A stretch of DNA of 64,000 nt from Acidobacteriota bacterium (lineage in GTDB: Bacteria > Acidobacteriota > UBA890 > WLXD01). Shown here in pieces: positions 21,980 through 32,929 of this stretch. Position 1 is the stretch's first letter, and each line of letters starts with the position of its first letter. The stretch lies in assembly GCA_965205505.1 (NCBI GenBank), contig CBDBHB010000009.1:2176001-2240000 (forward strand), read 5' to 3'. A program made the translations under genes and the position numbers. A model generated the notes under the pieces. It worked only from the letters and a program-made list of their open reading frames with translations, was not told the origin of the DNA and searched no databases.

Positions 21980-22267
21980 ATGAAGACAGGCCAGCTGGCT
22001 CTGTGCCGCATGGCGGGTGGGCGCGCCGCATTGCTGCGTGTGCTGTCCGTGACCGACCAGGCAGTGGAGCTCACCGCTGCTGGAGGGCCACAGGCCTGGT
22101 ACCGGCGCACAGACGTGTTCCGAATGGATAGTGCGCTCCTGTCGGCGTTGGTACGCGCCCGCGCTGCCGGCGACACCGCAGCCCTGGAGGCGCTATGGGA
22201 CCAGGCAGTGCCCTGGGCACCTGGAGGAGCAGGACGGTTGAAGGGTACGGCTCGGGCGCGCCCGTGA
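21980..22267 (+). CDS. Small hypothetical protein (95 aa); paralogue at 30443-30730
   Basis: The ORF is conserved in both diverged copies of the duplicated element end. Confidence 0.55.
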   Translation: MKTGQLALCRMAGGRAALLRVLSVTDQAVELTAAGGPQAWYRRTDVFRMDSALLSALVRARAAGDTAALEALWDQAVPWAPGGAGRLKGTARARP

Positions 22268-22452
22268 AGGTCGGCTCCCTGTGCTAGCGACCCGAAGATG
22301 GGGCAATCAGAGGCAGCAGCGATGCGTGGTGTAGTTGCAGCCCCGGGTGCGATTGCGGCCCCGGCGCTCGGTGTGTTCAGGGCTCCCCAGAGGTCCGGAG
22401 AAGTTCGCTTTATTCCCCGATTTAATGGTGGGAATAGTGAGGTGATAGTCTA

Positions 22453-23637
22453 CTAGTGTCCTGAGTCAGAAGTTCGCATACAAAATCGGGCGATGGAATC
22501 TAGGATCTGGTCGGCAGTCTTGGTCCAGATGAACGGCTGGGACTGAGCATTGGTGGAGTCGACAAAGCGTTCGATGGCAAGTTCAAGATCGCGGGTAGAG
22601 CGATGCACACGGCGCCGGAGTTGCTTCTCGGTCAGAGCGGCGAACCAGCGTTCGATCATGTTGCGCCAGGAGGAATAGGTGGGAGTGAAGTGCAGATGGA
22701 AACGTGGGCGCTTCACCAACCATTGATGGATCATCGGGCTCTTGTGGGTGGCGTAATTGTCCAAGATCAAGTGCACGTCCAGATCCTCGGGCACGGCCTG
22801 GTCGATGCACCGGAGGAACTTCCTGAACTCCACGGCACGATGCCGACGATGGCACTGGGCAAGGATCTCTCCTGTCTTTGCATCCAGGGCGGCGAATAGG
22901 GACGTGGTGCCGTGCCGGACGTAGTCATGGGTGCGGCGCTCGATCTGGCCGGGACGCATGGGCAACAGCGGCTGGCTGCGGTCCAGCGGCTGGCTGCGGT
23001 CCAGCGCCTGGATCTGAGACTTCTCGTCGACACACAGGACCACGGCCCTTTCGGGAGGACTCAGGTACAGTCCGACGATGTCACGGACCTTGTCGATGAA
23101 CAACGGGTCGTTAGACAGCTTGAAGGTCTCGGACCGATGTGGCTGCAGTGCAAAAGCTCTCCAGATCCGGCTGACGGCACTCTCGCTCAGACCGCACCGC
23201 TGGGCCATGGAACGAGTGGACCAGTGGGTGGCGGCCTGCGGCTGGCTCTCCAGGGTCAGGGTCAGGACTCGTTCGACGTCCTGGTCGGTGATGGTGCGCT
23301 GGACCCCAGGACGCGGCGCGTCCAGCAACCCGTCCACACCTTGGTCTTGAAACCGCTTGCGCCACTTGCCGACCGTCTGGATGGTGATGCCGAGTTGCTC
23401 GGCAGCCGTGGTGTTGGAGGAGCCCTCGGCCACGGTGAGGATGATCCGGGCCCTCAAAGCGAGCGCTTGCGCGCTCTTGGGTCTGCGAACCCAGCGCTGG
23501 AGAATGTCGCGATCCTGGTCGTTGAGATCGACCGGCGCGATAGGGCGGCCTCTGGGCATGAGGTCTCCTGCAGTGTCGGTAACAGGAAGATGAACCATGC
23601 CTTTATTATTAAATGAATTTATAACTCAGGACACTAG
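22453..23637 (-). mobile_element. IS630-family element; transposase 22453-23559
   Basis: CTAGTGTCCTGAGT...ACTCAGGACACTAG IRs; [21 protein letters not shown]. The empty site CTACTAGAAG is visible in the paralogous copy at about 30910. Confidence 0.93.
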
Positions 23638-23688
23638 AAGTTCCTGTAACATATTGTTATAAAATACTTTAGTTACATTACTATGGCG

Positions 23689-23772
23689 GATGCGGACATG
23701 CTGGCACGCTACGCCCGTGGCGAACTCGCCGTTCGCGATGCGATGGCGACCCTGCGCTACGGCCGCCGCTAG
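23689..23772 (+). pseudogene. C-terminal relic of a Cre-like recombinase
   Basis: MLARYARGELAVRDAMATLRYGRR* aligns with MPARYARGQLATRGAVARLRFGQ* of 45540-46544. Confidence 0.7.
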
Positions 23773-23846
23773 GGGCCTCGCGCTCGGCGCGCGACGTCCA
23801 GCTCCAGCGGTACGCCGGTGAGCAACCGCCCTGCGGAAGAATAAGG

Positions 23847-24179
23847 TTAGGCGGAGGGCATGATTCTGACCTTGACCTCCATCAGTACGTACGCGACGGC
23901 CATACCCTGCAGGGCGGTCGCAACCCCGTCAAGCACTGAATTGACCCATGCACCGACGACTGGGATGACGTCCAGACTGTCGGAGAAGATGGGCAGTGCC
24001 ACGGCCACCACTTAGACCCCAATCCGTTGGGTGACATCAGCACTCGTGTCCATCACACCGGCAACCAAGCCGAGGATGACGAGGGCGAGGCCCGCGTACA
24101 GGACCGCTTCGGCAACGGCCGGGATGATTGCCAGGATCGCCACGACTACGACCAGGGCCGAGAGGATACGTTCGGACAT
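23847..24179 (-). pseudogene. Small multi-TM membrane protein with an internal stop
   Basis: Hydrophobic frame continues past TAA at 24012-24014 to TAA at 23847; RBS aaggag. Confidence 0.55.
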
Positions 24180-24739
24180 TCCGATGCTCCTTGCACCCGT
24201 GCTTCCGCGACCAACGCGAAAACGCGGACTCCGAAAGCCACCAGCGAGCCACGGGGAGCTGGCGACACAGGTGCACTGAAACGAAGCACAGGGTCTATTG
24301 CAACCGTATCGGGGTCGATAGTCGTCCCCCGTGACTGTCGATGGGCTATCGGGCGCCGACGAGCTTGTTCTTGTGCCAGCTGATGAAGCCCCTCGGGGCA
24401 CCCTCGCTGCAGGCGTACCGCCCAGCCTTCTCGCCGCACACCAGCACTGCGTCATAGACTATCGACATCCGCCGCGGGGCTATCGCCGCGCTGCGACCGT
24501 GCTCGAGCAGATCCTGGTCGTGGGTAACCCTCATCGGCTTCTGCCCGACTAGCCGGCCTTGCGTGACGGTTAGGGCGGCGAGCGCATCGGCCAGTGTGTG
24601 CTGCATCTGCACTGCCACGGCCGGTCGTGACAGCCCCACCGGAACGCCAGACAGGGGGTCCCCAAGGGCAATCAGAATTGTACATAACCCTGTATATGTG
24701 GCCAGCTATATGATCTATAACTTACTGAATATAAATTTG

Positions 24740-25027
24740 TTATCTGATTCTATTAGTGGAGGCCGCGACCACGCGGACCTGGAACTGGATCGACGCGGTA
24801 TCGTCGTCGTCGGTGACGGTATAGATGTAGCCGGTCATCGGCAGAACGGCGGTCGGCGTGCCGGTGACGGTCCGCGCGCTGGCATCGAACGTGAGTCCGG
24901 CGGGGAGCTCCGGCGAGAGGCCGTAGGACAGCGGCGGGTTTCCCTCGCTCGCAGCCGGCAGCGACAGGTGGACGGAGGTGCCGACCGTCCAGACGGCGAG
25001 CTGACCTACGACCGGGTAACGGACCAC
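24740..25027 (-). pseudogene. Putative Ig (He_PIG-like) domain fragment
   Basis: LPAASEGNPPLSYGLSPELPAGLTFDASARTVTGTPT...YTVTDDD. Confidence 0.65.
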
Positions 25028-25352
25028 CTCACGGAGCTAGAAGCCGAGCAGCACGACCAGCGCCGCAGCCGGACCGTGGAGCTGCGCCGCTTGGAGCACG
25101 CCACACGGAGCGAGCTGGAGACGATCAGCGAAGCTCGCGGGCGCCTCGATACGAGCGGGGAGCCGTGGTGACGCCATGAGCGAGGATAGCCTCCGCTCAC
25201 GGCGGCCCTGTGTCAAGGCGCTACGCGCCTCCCTCCTCCGCTTCGCTCCGGCCCTTCGAGGGTGACACGAGCCTTCCGCTAGGCCCACGCCGCGGGCCGA
25301 CAGGTCCTGCACGCCGGTGTTCTGGATCTAGGGGCTCAGTAGCGGGCTGCGT

Positions 25353-26228
25353 TCACCGCACGCTCACCCTCGCGACGCCCTGCGCACTCACCACCACGTG
25401 GTCATTGTCATGCGTGATGTGCGTCACGTCGGGGAACGCCTTTTGCACGCGCTGGCGGAAGGTGTCGATCGCCGCGCGAAGCGCGTCTTCTGAATACAGC
25501 CGAAAGGTCGAATAATGATAGTGGGTGGCTTGTTCGACGAGGCGTGCCAACGAGATGGTGACCCGCCACACAACCGTCTGCGCGCGCACCGTCCTGAAGG
25601 CACCGGTGGCGTCCAGGGCGGCTCGCATCTCGTTGACTGTATGGAGTCTCGTTTCCCGCGTGGCGAACTCGGGAAAGTGGCGGCCCCAGATCGTGCGGCG
25701 GTTCTGCGCCGGGGTGCGCGTGTAGACGACGAGCTGGCCGGCGGGGGTGAGCACCCGCGCCGCCTCGCCAGCAAACCGGGCGAGGTCGAAGTGGTGCACG
25801 GCATTGAAGCAGGTCATCACGTCACAGCTGGCGGCCCGGAACGGGAGCGTTTCGACGGCCCCGACCAGATGCCCCGCGTGTCCGGCGCGGCGGCGCGCTT
25901 GCCGGAGCATGGGCAGACTCCGATCCAGGCCGATGGCCACGACCTCCCGGGCGTGCGATGCGCCGACGCCCTGCATGACCGCGTCCAGGTAACGCCCCGA
26001 GCCCGTGGCGATGTCCATGAGCCGCACGGGTCTTCCCGGGTCCGCGGCGCGAGCCACGACGTCGCTGATGAGGCGCACGGCACCGACATCCAGCTCGCGC
26101 AGTGTCCGATACCGTGCCGACACCTTGGCGAAGTGGTCGCTCAACCGCGCCGTGCGCCCGCGCTCCTCCCCGTCGTGCGTCCCAGAAGCGATCTCGACAG
26201 TCAATCCCGGCGTGTCTCCCGTGGTCAT
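25353..26228 (-). CDS. Class I SAM-dependent methyltransferase
   Basis: MDIATGSG motif I; GLDRSLPML; LPFRAASCD; AVHHF; RVLTPAG. Confidence 0.8.
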   Translation of the reverse strand: MTTGDTPGLTVEIASGTHDGEERGRTARLSDHFAKVSARYRTLRELDVGAVRLISDVVARAADPGRPVRLMDIATGSGRYLDAVMQGVGASHAREVVAIGLDRSLPMLRQARRRAGHAGHLVGAVETLPFRAASCDVMTCFNAVHHFDLARFAGEAARVLTPAGQLVVYTRTPAQNRRTIWGRHFPEFATRETRLHTVNEMRAALDATGAFRTVRAQTVVWRVTISLARLVEQATHYHYSTFRLYSEDALRAAIDTFRQRVQKAFPDVTHITHDNDHVVVSAQGVARVSVR

Positions 26229-26425
26229 CCGTATACTGTGGAGCGCCGGACCCCGCAGCGACGGCGATGCAGGTGACGCGACGACAAGAAGCCTTGCAAG
26301 TCTGCCACGATTCCCGCCATCTGTGAACCGCCTGTATTGAAACCGTGCGATGCACGCGGCGACGGGGAGCAGCGCAAAACAATACCGCGGAGACGACACC
26401 GGCGCTCGGTCCAGCGCGCTCCGGT

Positions 26426-26537
26426 TCAATGGGCGAGGACCTTCTCGCCTTGCTCGCGCAACTGGCCCTGCGGCCCGACGTTCCGGTAGAGCGTCACGGG
26501 GTTGATCCCGAGTTCTCGGCAGAGCGCGGACACGCCG
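26426..26537 (-). pseudogene. C-terminal HTH fragment of a serine resolvase
   Basis: VSALCRELGINPVTLYRNVGPQGQLREQGEKVLAH*. Confidence 0.6.
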
Positions 26538-26910
26538 GAGAATGGTGGGGAAAGTGAGGGGGAGAGCGGCGAGTCTCTCTATTTTACTAATGTTTCCTAA
26601 AAAACGGTTGCCGGTATGCAACCGCCACAGAAAAACAGCCCGGATAGCCTCCACCGTCCAGGCGCGTCCACGGCTCACGCCGTCCTCCGCTCCGGCCCCT
26701 CCGGGTAACCCGCCTGGCCCGCTGCCGCTCAAGCAGCCACACCCAGCCATCCCATAAGGTTCAGGTCAGGCTTCGGTGGAGGCCGCGTCTACCACTTCAC
26801 CAAGGCCCTCGAGTACCGCCTGTACACCGAAGGCTCGGCCGCATACCAGATGGCTTCTCGCGCCCCCGTCCGCAGCCTGCTGCTGTGAGGTGGTGCAAAC
26901 TCCACGGGGG

Positions 26911-28181
26911 TGACCTGCCCCCCAATAATCGGGCCAGTTTGAGAGTTAGGAATTGAGGCTCTCAGGAAGGCTCGGGAAGGGGGAGAAATGGCCCGGAAGC
27001 GATACACGGTAGAGCAGATCATCGCCAAGCTCAGGGAGGCAGAGATCGAGCTGGCGCAAGGAGCCAAGACGCCACAGGCGTGCCGGAAGCTGGGCATCAG
27101 CGAGAACACGTACTACCGGTGGCGTAAGGAGTACGGCGGGCTGAGGGTGGATCAGGCACGGCGACTCAAGGAGCTGGAGCGCGAGAACGGGCGGCTCAAG
27201 AAGCTGCTGGCGGAGACGATGCTCGACAACGCCATCCTCAAAGAGGTGTCGTCGGGAAACTTCTGAGCCCGGCGCGCCGGAGCCGGGCAGTGCGACACGC
27301 ACAGCAGTCGCAGGGGGTGTCGGAGAGGCGAGCCTGCCGAGTGCTGGGCCAGGTGCGCTCGACGCAGCAATATCGGCCCAAGGCGCCTGGAGACGAGACA
27401 CCGCTGGTGAAGCGAATGACCGAACTGGCGACGCAGTACGGACGCTACGGGTACCGTCGGATCACGGCTCTGATGGAACGCGAAGGGTGGCGAGTGAACC
27501 ACAAGAGGATCGAACGGTTATGGCGTCGTGAAGGACTGAAGGTACCGAAAAAGCAGCCCAAGCGCGGACGCTTGTGGCTCAACGATGGATCGTGCGTGCG
27601 GCTGAGGCCGGAAAGGAAAGATCACGTGTGGGCCTATGACTTCGTGCACGAACGAACTCACGACGGGCGAGCGGTTCGTCTGCTGACGATCGTGGATGAG
27701 TACACCAGGGAGTGCTTGGCCATCGATGTGGCGCGCAGGCTCAACTCCGAGAACGTGTTGGATCGACTCGCTGAGCTGTTCGTGAACCGTGGTGTTTCCG
27801 ACCACATCCGCTCCGACAACGGACCGGAGTTCACTTCTCGGGTAGTGCGTGGCTGGCTCGAGCGGGTCGGTGTGAAGACGTTGTTCATCGAGCCCGGCTC
27901 GCCGTGGGAAAACGGCTATGTGGAGAGCTTCAACGGCAAGCTACGCGACGAGCTGCTGAACGGGGAGATCTTCTACACGCTCAAGGAGGCGCAGAGCTTG
28001 GTGCAAGCCTGGCGCCGCAAATACAACCAGGTGCGGCCACACAGCTCGTTGGGCTATCGGCCGCCTGCACCGAAAGCGACGTTGTTAAAGCCGGCTACGC
28101 TCCGCTCCGCCGGCTGCAACAACCTCTTGCCAGCACCGATTCTATGAGTTACGAAGTGGCCTCAACACTTGGGGCAGGTCA
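26911..28181 (+). mobile_element. IS3-family element A, copy 2 (orfA 26988-27266 intact)
   Basis: Near-identical to 14907-16177; TAC where the other copies have TAG. Confidence 0.93.
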
Positions 28182-28737
28182 CGACCGTGCCGCGGACGCC
28201 TCATCGGCGATCTTCGTGCGACCCTTCTCAGTGATCGACCACCGGTCCTTCTTCTGAATGCGCTCGGCCTTCACCAGGTCATCGACCCGGAGCCGAGCAA
28301 GGGCCGAACGGGTATCGTCATGAGTGAGAGTCACGCGTTCGTTGCCGCCGACCTCAATCTGATTGAGTTTGCCGACAGATTCCCCGCGTTCGTCCTCTGA
28401 CCCCCTGAGGTTCAGTAATACAACGTTGTCTATCACCGTTTGACGAATCGGCTGCGTCTCGGGCGAAAATTGAAGCCTGTATCCGAAGACTGCAAGCCGC
28501 CCTCGACCAGCGTCGGTATCAGACATGAGTCTCGATCATGTTGAGCGCGATTACGCCTTGTCCGCCCGATGGTGAGCCTCCTGGGTTCATCAGCTCTGCT
28601 GGTTTGTGGATGACGTGTCCACGGCAAACGGTGCGGAACCGCGGTAGGTTGTCGGTATGGAGAGCCGGTTTTTCGAGAGTCCGATCCGACCCCCGAGGGT
28701 TGTCCATAATCCTCTCATTCTATTCATTTTGCACATG

Positions 28738-28811
28738 TCGGGGTGAGAGGATTGGAACCTCCGGACCCCTGCTCCCAAAGCAGGTTCACTTCCAAGCTGC
28801 GCCACACCCAG
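28738..28811 (-). tRNA. Degenerate tRNA-Pro(TGG), probable pseudo-tRNA
   Basis: Minus strand reads CTGGGTGTGGCGCAGCTTGGAAGTGAACCTGCTTTGGGAGCAGGGGTCCGGAGGTTCCAATCCTCTCACCCCGA. Anticodon and T arms pair; acceptor and D stems have mismatches. Confidence 0.7.
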
Positions 28812-28861
28812 CGATGCGCGCTCAGGATACAACGTCGGTCGGCGGGCCCACGACGTCGCTG

Positions 28862-29191
28862 CTAATAAAGCCAATCGCGCTGCGGCGCGATGGGGCTGGC
28901 GAGGTCGACGTGGCCGGTGAGCGTGTCGATGCCGTTGCCGTCGTCTAGAAACTGAACTGTGTGGATCTGTCGAAACGACGACATCAGCGTGCCGACGCCG
29001 CCGTACACGGCATAAAGCTCGGCCAAGCTGCCTTTCGACATCGCCAACGGCAACTCGGCCCCGAAGTCGACGTAGGCTACACTCGGGTTCGACACCCAAA
29101 CCTCGCGTACGGTCGTTCCGGGTGGCAGCGGCGAGTTCACCGTGGCGACCAGCCGCTCGATGACCATCTGTGTCTTGGCCGCGAGCGTCAT
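28862..29191 (-). pseudogene. GerMN domain fragment
   Basis: PPGTTVREV..AYVDF..ELYAVY..VQFL.DG..TLTGHVDL. Confidence 0.65.
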
Positions 29192-29259
29192 TGGCGCCTC
29201 GGTCCGCTGCTTGATGAAACCGCGCGCAACCGGTAGCGCCGCGTTGCACCAGAATGCTG

Positions 29260-29408
29260 GTCGTCGTAGGGGTATATGTTGATGTGACGCTCGTCGAATC
29301 GGCGCACCAGTAAGTGTTCCAGAGCGAGGTGCTCAGATTGTCGTCCATCGAGTTGACTTGGACGGCCTCTCGGGGCGCTTTCGCTCGGATGCGCTCGGAG
29401 AATCTCAT
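29260..29408 (-). pseudogene. N-terminal fragment resembling AbiJ N-terminal domain 4
   Basis: MRFSERI...VQVNSMDDNLSTSLWN resembles the recalled F-S-E-R...MD..L...LWN start of this family. Confidence 0.45.
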
Positions 29409-29551
29409 CCGGCCTCAGCACTGTAGACAGCGGACCAGCGCCGAAATGTTAGATGGATGTTAGATCGCTGAACGTTCAGCTTGGAACGTGAGTGTCGAGA
29501 TCCGGCCTTTTGTCGGTTGGATCTCCCTTGTACAGAGCAGCTTACAAGTAG

Positions 29552-29607
29552 TGCCCAAGGAGGGACTTGAACCCCCACGGGCCGAAGCCCGCTAGGTCCT
29601 GAACCTA
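29552..29607 (-). other. tRNA-Leu(CAG) 3' half (att-site core), copy 1
   Basis: TAGGTTCAGGACCTAG anticodon arm, long variable arm, GGTTCAAGTCC T arm; no D arm. Confidence 0.8.
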
Positions 29608-29860
29608 AGGCCGGCTTCTCGTCGCGGACTTCGAGCAGATGCGTGGACGCGGCCACCGGTCTCGGCGGCGCACAGTTCCGGGGTAACTTCGGAACCGCCA
29701 TCGGCGTCGAGGAAGTGAAAGGAAAGATCGAGCGGCGTCGTGCCGCCGTCGTGAAAGACAAACGCCACCGGACCCTGAGCGCCGCCGAAGGGGCTAAGGT
29801 CCATCACCCGGCAGTGACGGCTCGAATGGAGTGGAACTCACCGGCACCACCTCAAGACCG

Positions 29861-30373
29861 TCAACTCGATGCTCCTGACCCTTCTGCCTCGGTACCGCTG
29901 TCCGCACCTGTTGCGCCGGCTGATTCGTTCCGGACAACGGCTGAGGCATCCTCATCGGAGCTGGGCGGCGGTGGCGCAGCCGTGTTCGGTTCGTCTTGTT
30001 CCTCACCGGGCAAGAAGTACTCTCCAGCGGAGTTCTTGCTCAACGTGCCCGACTTGGCCATTGCCCAAAGCTCCTGCCCGACACGCGCACCCGGCTTCGT
30101 CTTTCCTTTGAACTGATAGCCACGATCGCGCAGACTCCGCGTGACCTGCGCAGGCTTCAGCGCCCCAGCCTCCTTGAGTACCGCTCGGGCTGCATCACGA
30201 ACACCGAGTTGGCGCAGTCCGGCGTCCGGTGCGGTTTCTTGGTCCAGGATTAAGCGAAGGGCGTCCTGTCGTGTCTTGAGCCACTGCAGCCGTGCCTCAA
30301 GTTGAGCCATCTCATCCGCAACGTCTGCTTGTTCTGCTTGGAGTCCGTAACGAACTGCCTTGCTGATAGCCAT
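29861..30373 (-). CDS. Hypothetical protein (coiled coil plus probable winged HTH)
   Basis: GVRDAARAVLKEAGALKPAQVTRSLRDRGY pattern. Confidence 0.5.
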   Translation of the reverse strand: MAISKAVRYGLQAEQADVADEMAQLEARLQWLKTRQDALRLILDQETAPDAGLRQLGVRDAARAVLKEAGALKPAQVTRSLRDRGYQFKGKTKPGARVGQELWAMAKSGTLSKNSAGEYFLPGEEQDEPNTAAPPPPSSDEDASAVVRNESAGATGADSGTEAEGSGASS

Positions 30374-30427
30374 TACCTTGTCTCTCGTCAGTAGGTTAGG
30401 GTTTCATTTGGGATTTCCTAGCTTAAG

Positions 30428-30967
30428 CTCTTATCGTGCTGCATGAAGAGAGGCCAGCTGGTTCTGTGCCGCATGGCGGATGGGCGCGCCACATTGCTGC
30501 GTGTGCTGTCCGTGACCGATCAAACAGTGGAACTCACCACTGCTGCAGGGCCGCCCGCCTGGTACCGGCGCACAGAGGTGTTCCGGATGGATGGGGCACT
30601 CCTGGCGGCGCTGGTACGCGCCCGCGCTGCCGGCGACACCGAAGCCCTGGAGGCGCTATGGGACCAGGCAGTGCCCTGGGCACCTGGAGGAGCAGGACGG
30701 GTGAAGGGTACGGCACGGGCGCGCCGGTGAAGGTCGGCTCCCTGTGCTAGCGACCCGAAGATAGGGCAATCAGAGGCAGCGATGCGTGGTGTAGTTGCAG
30801 CCCCGGGTGCGATTGTGGCCTCGGCGCTCGGTGTGTTCAGGGCTCCCCAGAGGTCCGGAGAAGTTCGCTTCATTCCCAGATTTAATGGTGGGAATAGTGA
30901 GGTGATAGCCTACTAGAAGTTCCTGTAATGTATTGTGAACAAATACTTTAGTTGCATTACTATGGCG
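30428..30967 (+). repeat. Second copy of the satellite right end (matches 21965-23688 minus IS630)
   Basis: Similarity ends exactly at ACTATGGCG, which abuts the truncated hsdM. Confidence 0.85.
30443..30730 (+). CDS. Small hypothetical protein; paralogue of 21980-22267
   Basis: Direct sequence similarity. Confidence 0.55.
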   Translation: MKRGQLVLCRMADGRATLLRVLSVTDQTVELTTAAGPPAWYRRTEVFRMDGALLAALVRARAAGDTEALEALWDQAVPWAPGGAGRVKGTARARR

Positions 30968-32027
30968 TCGAGCTTCTGATCCTCGACAAGGATCTTGCGC
31001 AGGGCCTTGTGCGCCTTGCTCGATCCAAAGAGCACGCCGTCGGGCACGATCACGGCAGCGCGGCCGCCTGTCTGTAGCAGGCGCAGGAAGAGCACGAGGA
31101 AGAGTAGCTCGGTCTTCTTGGTCTTGACGATCTGCTGCAGGTCCTTCGCCGTGGACTCGTAGTCGAGGCTGCCGGCGAAGGGGGGATTGGCGAGGATCAG
31201 AGAGTACTTCTCTGCATCGTCCTCGTCAGACTCCGCGAGCGAGTCCCGGTAGCGGATGTCCGGGTTCTCCACGCCATGCAGCAGCATGTTCATGCTGCCG
31301 ATGCGCAGCATGGTGTTGTCGAAGTCGTAGCCGTGGAACGTGCCCTCGTTGAAGCGGCGACGGGCGGCGGTGTCCTTGTAGATCGTGTCGCTGTGGTGCT
31401 CGACGAGGTACTTGGAGGTAGCGATGAGGAAGCCCGCCGTGCCGCACGCCGGATCGCAGATCACGTCCTTCGGCGCGGGCGCGGTCATGTCCACCATCAG
31501 CCTGATGATGTGGCGCGGGGTGCGGAACTGCCGTTCTGCCCGGCGGTGGCGATCTTGCCGAGCATGTACTCGTACAGGTCGCCCTTGGTGTCGCTGTCGG
31601 CCATGCCAATGCCGTCGAGCTGGTCGACCACGTTGGCAAGCACCCGGGCCGTGGGCATCATGAAGAGGGCGTCCTTCATATGGTGGGTGTAGGTGCTGCC
31701 GCCCTCACCGTCGGTCCCTCCCCGTTGCCCGAGGGTCTTGATGAAGGGAAACACGCCGTCACGGACTGCCTCGAACATCTGCTCCGGGGCGGCCTCCTTG
31801 AAGCGCGACCAGCGGATCTTGTCGTGGCCGGCGGCGAAGATCGGCCTTTCGATGGGCTCGCCGATGCGGGCGGCCTTGGCTTCCTTGAGCGTCTGCAGCT
31901 CGTCGAGGCGCTTGATGAAGAGCAGGTAGGTGAGCTGCTCGATGACCGAGAGAGGGTTGGAGATGCCCCCGGACCACATCGTGTCCCAGATGCGGTCGAT
32001 CTTGGATTTGAGTTCGCCGGTGATCAT
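30960..32027 (-). pseudogene. hsdM: Type I restriction-modification M subunit, frameshifted (about 31530) and 3'-truncated
   Basis: MITGELKSKIDRIWD, GQNG/QFRTPRHII frameshift, DPACGTAGFL, NPPF, PDGVLFG. Confidence 0.88.
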
Positions 32028-32667
32028 CGCTCCCTCTCACGGTCTGGAGTCGCGTCGTTGCGTTCGACGGCCTCCCCCCGACACAATAGCCCGAAGATGT
32101 ACTCCTTGAACTCGGAGGCATCTATCTCGCCGCGGAGGGTGGCCCGCAGCGGGCCCACCAGGCTCAGCGCTATGCTGCCGCGCAGCGTGTCGGCCATGCG
32201 CCCCAGGTCCGCTTCGTACCCGATCGTGGCAGCCTGATCGGCCGGCTTCGCATCCTGATCGGATTGCCGTTTCTTGGGTCTTCCTCACGCCATGCCTGCA
32301 TGCGTCCGCCGTGGCGGATGGCCTGGATCGCGCCGTCGATCATCCGTTCCAGACGTCCCTCCTGCCACCGTGGCGGCCGGAGAACGGCGACTATTGCGCC
32401 AGGTATCGCGCCATTTAAGACATGGCGCAAAGAACGCGGCCACCGTGCCGCGGCGGGTGATCCTCGCCTTGTCGCATTGGCCAGCGCCGGCTGATCGATA
32501 GATTGGCATCTCCTTGATGCCCGAGCGCCGAGCGGGGGCAATCTCGACGTTCGCGACCGTTTTGTTAACTATTTGTTAACTTTCGCCGTCGAAACGGCGA
32601 AAGGGGACCGAGACTAAATGCCCTGGTCCCTCGATATCTTCTTGTTTTATAAGAGGTTAAACCGAAG

Positions 32668-32722
32668 TTCCCAAGGAGAAACTTGAACCCCCACGGGCTT
32701 GTGCCCACTAGTCCTGAACCTA
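32668..32722 (-). other. tRNA-Leu(CAG) 3' half (att-site core), copy 2, degenerate
   Basis: Similar to 29552-29607 with a different variable arm. Confidence 0.7.
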
Positions 32723-32929
32723 AGGCCGACTTCTCGTCGCGGACTTCGAGCAGATGCATGGACGCGGCCACCGGTCTCGGCGGCGCACAGTTCCAGGGTA
32801 ACTTCGGAACCGCCATCGGCGTCGAGGAAGTGAAAGGAAAGATCGAGCGGCGTCGTGCCGCCGTCGTGAAAGACAAACGCCATCGGACCCTGAGCGCCGC
32901 CGAAGGGGCTAAGGTCCATCATCCGGCAG

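Larger units (their letters stand above)
10533..23688 (+). mobile_element. P4-like satellite/integrative element (integrase-AlpA-primase/helicase), heavily disrupted by IS elements
   Basis: Gene content; inverted core-like ends GCCATCGT (10533) and ACTATGGC (23680); shared arm motif ATTCCC..TTTAATGGYGG at 10647 and 22412. Confidence 0.6.

Noticed and set aside
23637-23680. FRT-like or dif-like site (GAAGTTCC..., AT-rich)
   Set aside because: There is no second symmetric arm; it fits an IHF-type tract in an element end better.
29552-29607. Functional tRNA-Leu gene
   Set aside because: The 5' acceptor strand and D arm are missing in all three copies.
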